Part shown: positions 61,933 through 64,000 of the stretch, in pieces
Layout: every line of letters begins with the position of its first letter
Position numbering within the stretch: the first letter of the stretch is position 1
DNA from: Alphaproteobacteria bacterium
GTDB taxonomy: Bacteria; Pseudomonadota; Alphaproteobacteria; UBA828
Length of the DNA: 64,000 nt
Assembly (NCBI GenBank): GCA_965214705.1
Contig: OZ243972.1
Coordinates: 352,001-416,000 of the forward strand
Reading direction: 5' to 3'
The notes under the pieces: model-generated
The model's input: the letters and a program-made list of their open reading frames with translations, nothing else
Databases searched by the model: none
Told to the model about the DNA's origin: nothing
Position numbers and translations under genes: made by a program

Positions 61933-63089
61933 ATGAGTTCCACCAACAACAATGGAAACCAGTCCCCGCCGCCGGACGATGAGGATCGCAGTCTTCTGTT
62001 CGGCCCCACGAAGGCCGCAGCGGAGCGGGCTGGTGACAGGCAGAAGCCGCGCCGACCACATGCGGGTGCCGCGTCGCCACCACCCCCAATTCCCCGCCCG
62101 CGGCGGAGGCGGCCACGGACCCTGCGGGCCGGGCCAGGCCGGTCCCGTCATCGGACGTTGCGCCGACCGCGGTTGCGTCGACCGAGGTCGCGTCGTCCGA
62201 CGCGGTTCTGCGTCGGATGCTCGCCCTGTTGGAGGATATGGACAAGAAGGTCGCGGTCTTGTCGGCTGGCGAGACCGATCTTGCAGGGGCAGCCCGGACC
62301 ATCGCCGGGCAAACGGAGCAGGTCGGCGCGGCGACCGAGTGGGTCAACGACATCAAGGCGGCGATTTCGGAGATCCTGGCGTCGACCGGCAAGCAGATCG
62401 AAGGGCTGAAGAGCGGGAACAGGGATCTCGACGCGGCGCTGGCGCAGCTGAATGTGCTGAAGGAGGGGCTGGACAAGGTCGTGGCGTTGCTCGACGCCAC
62501 GGCGAAGGGCCTCGACCGGAGATCGTCGGAGCTGGGGGCGGTCAAGCAGGAACTCGCCGGGTACTACCGGGAGTGGATCGCCGAGGCCAAGACCGGCCTG
62601 GGCGAGATGAGGGCGCTGTCGAAGCGTCTCGACGCGGGTGATCACATGGTGACCCGTCTGGAGAAGTCGATCGGCCCCTGGACCGAGCGCATGCAGGAGA
62701 GCATCGGGGCGAACAGCGCGGCGCAGCGCGATGCTGCGGCGAAGACCGCCGACAACGTGGACAAGCTCGCCATGACGGGCTTCAGGTTCCTGCAGGAATT
62801 CGGCACGGCCAGGGGGGAGGCGCTGAAGGAGGCCCGGCAGGAGTGGACGCGCATTCGGCGCTGGACGCTTCCGGCGCTGGCAATCGCGCTGGCGATCGCC
62901 GCGCCGCTGTTCGTGTTTGCGGGCGCGCTTGGGCAGAGCGAGTTCGGCGTATTCGCCCCCTACGACGACACCGGGGGCTGGAAGCAGGGGGTGTGGGAGC
63001 GTCACGGCCAGAAGGTCAAGGACTGCATGGTCAAGTCCTGGCGGGCAGGTGATGTCGTCAAATGCAGCTTCGACGTCCGACACCCGTGA
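61933..63089 (+). CDS. Coiled-coil protein with C-terminal TM helix upstream of the relaxase (probable frameshift near 62100)
   Basis: GAGGAG RBS and ATG at 61933; main body is ORF 62217-63089. Confidence 0.5.
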
Positions 63090-63135
63090 TCGGCGCGGCG
63101 AACGCGGCAGCTCTTGCCGCCAAGGGCCGAGAGGC

Positions 63136-64000
63136 ATGGTCGCGAGCCTGAGCGATCTCGGCTCGAGCGCGATGACGGTGGCGTATTTCGAGCGCGAGGG
63201 CTACTACGCGAAGAACGACGCGCGGCACCGGCGCGCGAGCTTCTGGCACGGCGAGGGGGCGGCGGCGCTGGGCCTGCCGCAGCACGTCTCGCCCAGGACC
63301 TTCGAGCGCGTTCTTGCCGGCCACGTTCCGGGGACGGAGATCCGGCTCGGCCGGGCGCGCGGCGGGGAGCACGAGCACCGGCCTGGGCTCGACCTCACGC
63401 TGTCCGCGCCGAAGTCGGTGTCGCTGGAGGCGCTGCTCTACGGCAACCGGCAAGTGCTGAGCGCCCACGACGCGGCGGTCAGGTCGACGCTGGACTGGGT
63501 CGAGGCGGAGCTTCTGCAGACGCGCGGCTATGACCCGGCGACAGGGCGGCGCCCGCGGGTGGCGGCGGACGGCCTGGTGGCGGCGGGGTTCCGGCACCTG
63601 ACGAGCCGGGACCAGGACCCGCAGCTGCACACGCACTGCATCCTCGCCAACATGACGCGCAACCGGGCGGGAGAGTGGCGGAGCGTGGAGCCCACGGAGA
63701 TCCGCCGCAACGTGAAGCTGATCGGCGCCTGTTACCGCCACGAGCTGGCGCGGCGGCTGATCGATCTGGGCTACCGCACGGAGACGACGATGATCGGCGG
63801 GGTCCCGGGCTTCGAGATCGCGGGCTACCCGCGCGCGCTGCTGGACACGTTCTCGTCGCGGCGCCGCGAGATCCTTGCCTGGCTGGACGAGCACGGTCTG
63901 CCCTACAGCGCGGCGCTGACGCAGCAGGCGGCGCTGATCACGCGCAAGCACAAGGTCGACAAGGATATCGACGCGCTGAAGACGGAGTGGAAGGGGCGGG
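63136..64000 (+). CDS. trwC: MobF/TrwC-family conjugative relaxase (3' truncated by window edge)
   Basis: AYFEREGYY, RPGLDLTLSAPKSVS, HLTSRDQDPQLHTHC (HUH), FSSRRREI. Confidence 0.92.
   Translation, partial: MVASLSDLGSSAMTVAYFEREGYYAKNDARHRRASFWHGEGAAALGLPQHVSPRTFERVLAGHVPGTEIRLGRARGGEHEHRPGLDLTLSAPKSVSLEALLYGNRQVLSAHDAAVRSTLDWVEAELLQTRGYDPATGRRPRVAADGLVAAGFRHLTSRDQDPQLHTHCILANMTRNRAGEWRSVEPTEIRRNVKLIGACYRHELARRLIDLGYRTETTMIGGVPGFEIAGYPRALLDTFSSRRREILAWLDEHGLPYSAALTQQAALITRKHKVDKDIDALKTEWKGR

Overview
A GC-rich accessory region, probably part of a conjugative plasmid or ICE: it begins in a DUF2493/SLOG gene and ends in a MobF/TrwC relaxase. Most of it is nested mobile elements whose boundaries can be read from target-site duplications (TSDs). 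Main result: a cargo-carrying element built on two tandem arm-domain tyrosine recombinases occurs three times. Two copies are complete and nested (8465-30340 inside an ISAs1 transposase; 13447-29013 inside the outer copy's own intB); the third starts at 31939. They share subterminal inverted repeats, insert at ACACC-N7-ACAC(C/G), and have a ~11-bp duplication at both junctions; one junction is amplified to six tandem 12-mers. Cargo includes a polyprenyl-phosphate-arabinose-type glycosylation operon with two 16-nt homopolymer tracts, a NucS-like nuclease and an orphan two-repeat type I-G mini-CRISPR. Also present: an IS110 with candidate bridge-RNA guides and two ~205-bp IS110-derived mini-elements; a second nest inside an IS4; and a type I-G CRISPR-Cas locus (16 repeats) with cas1 broken by IS66. 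All calls come from manual reading and motif recognition, with no database searches; coordinates may be off by a few bases.
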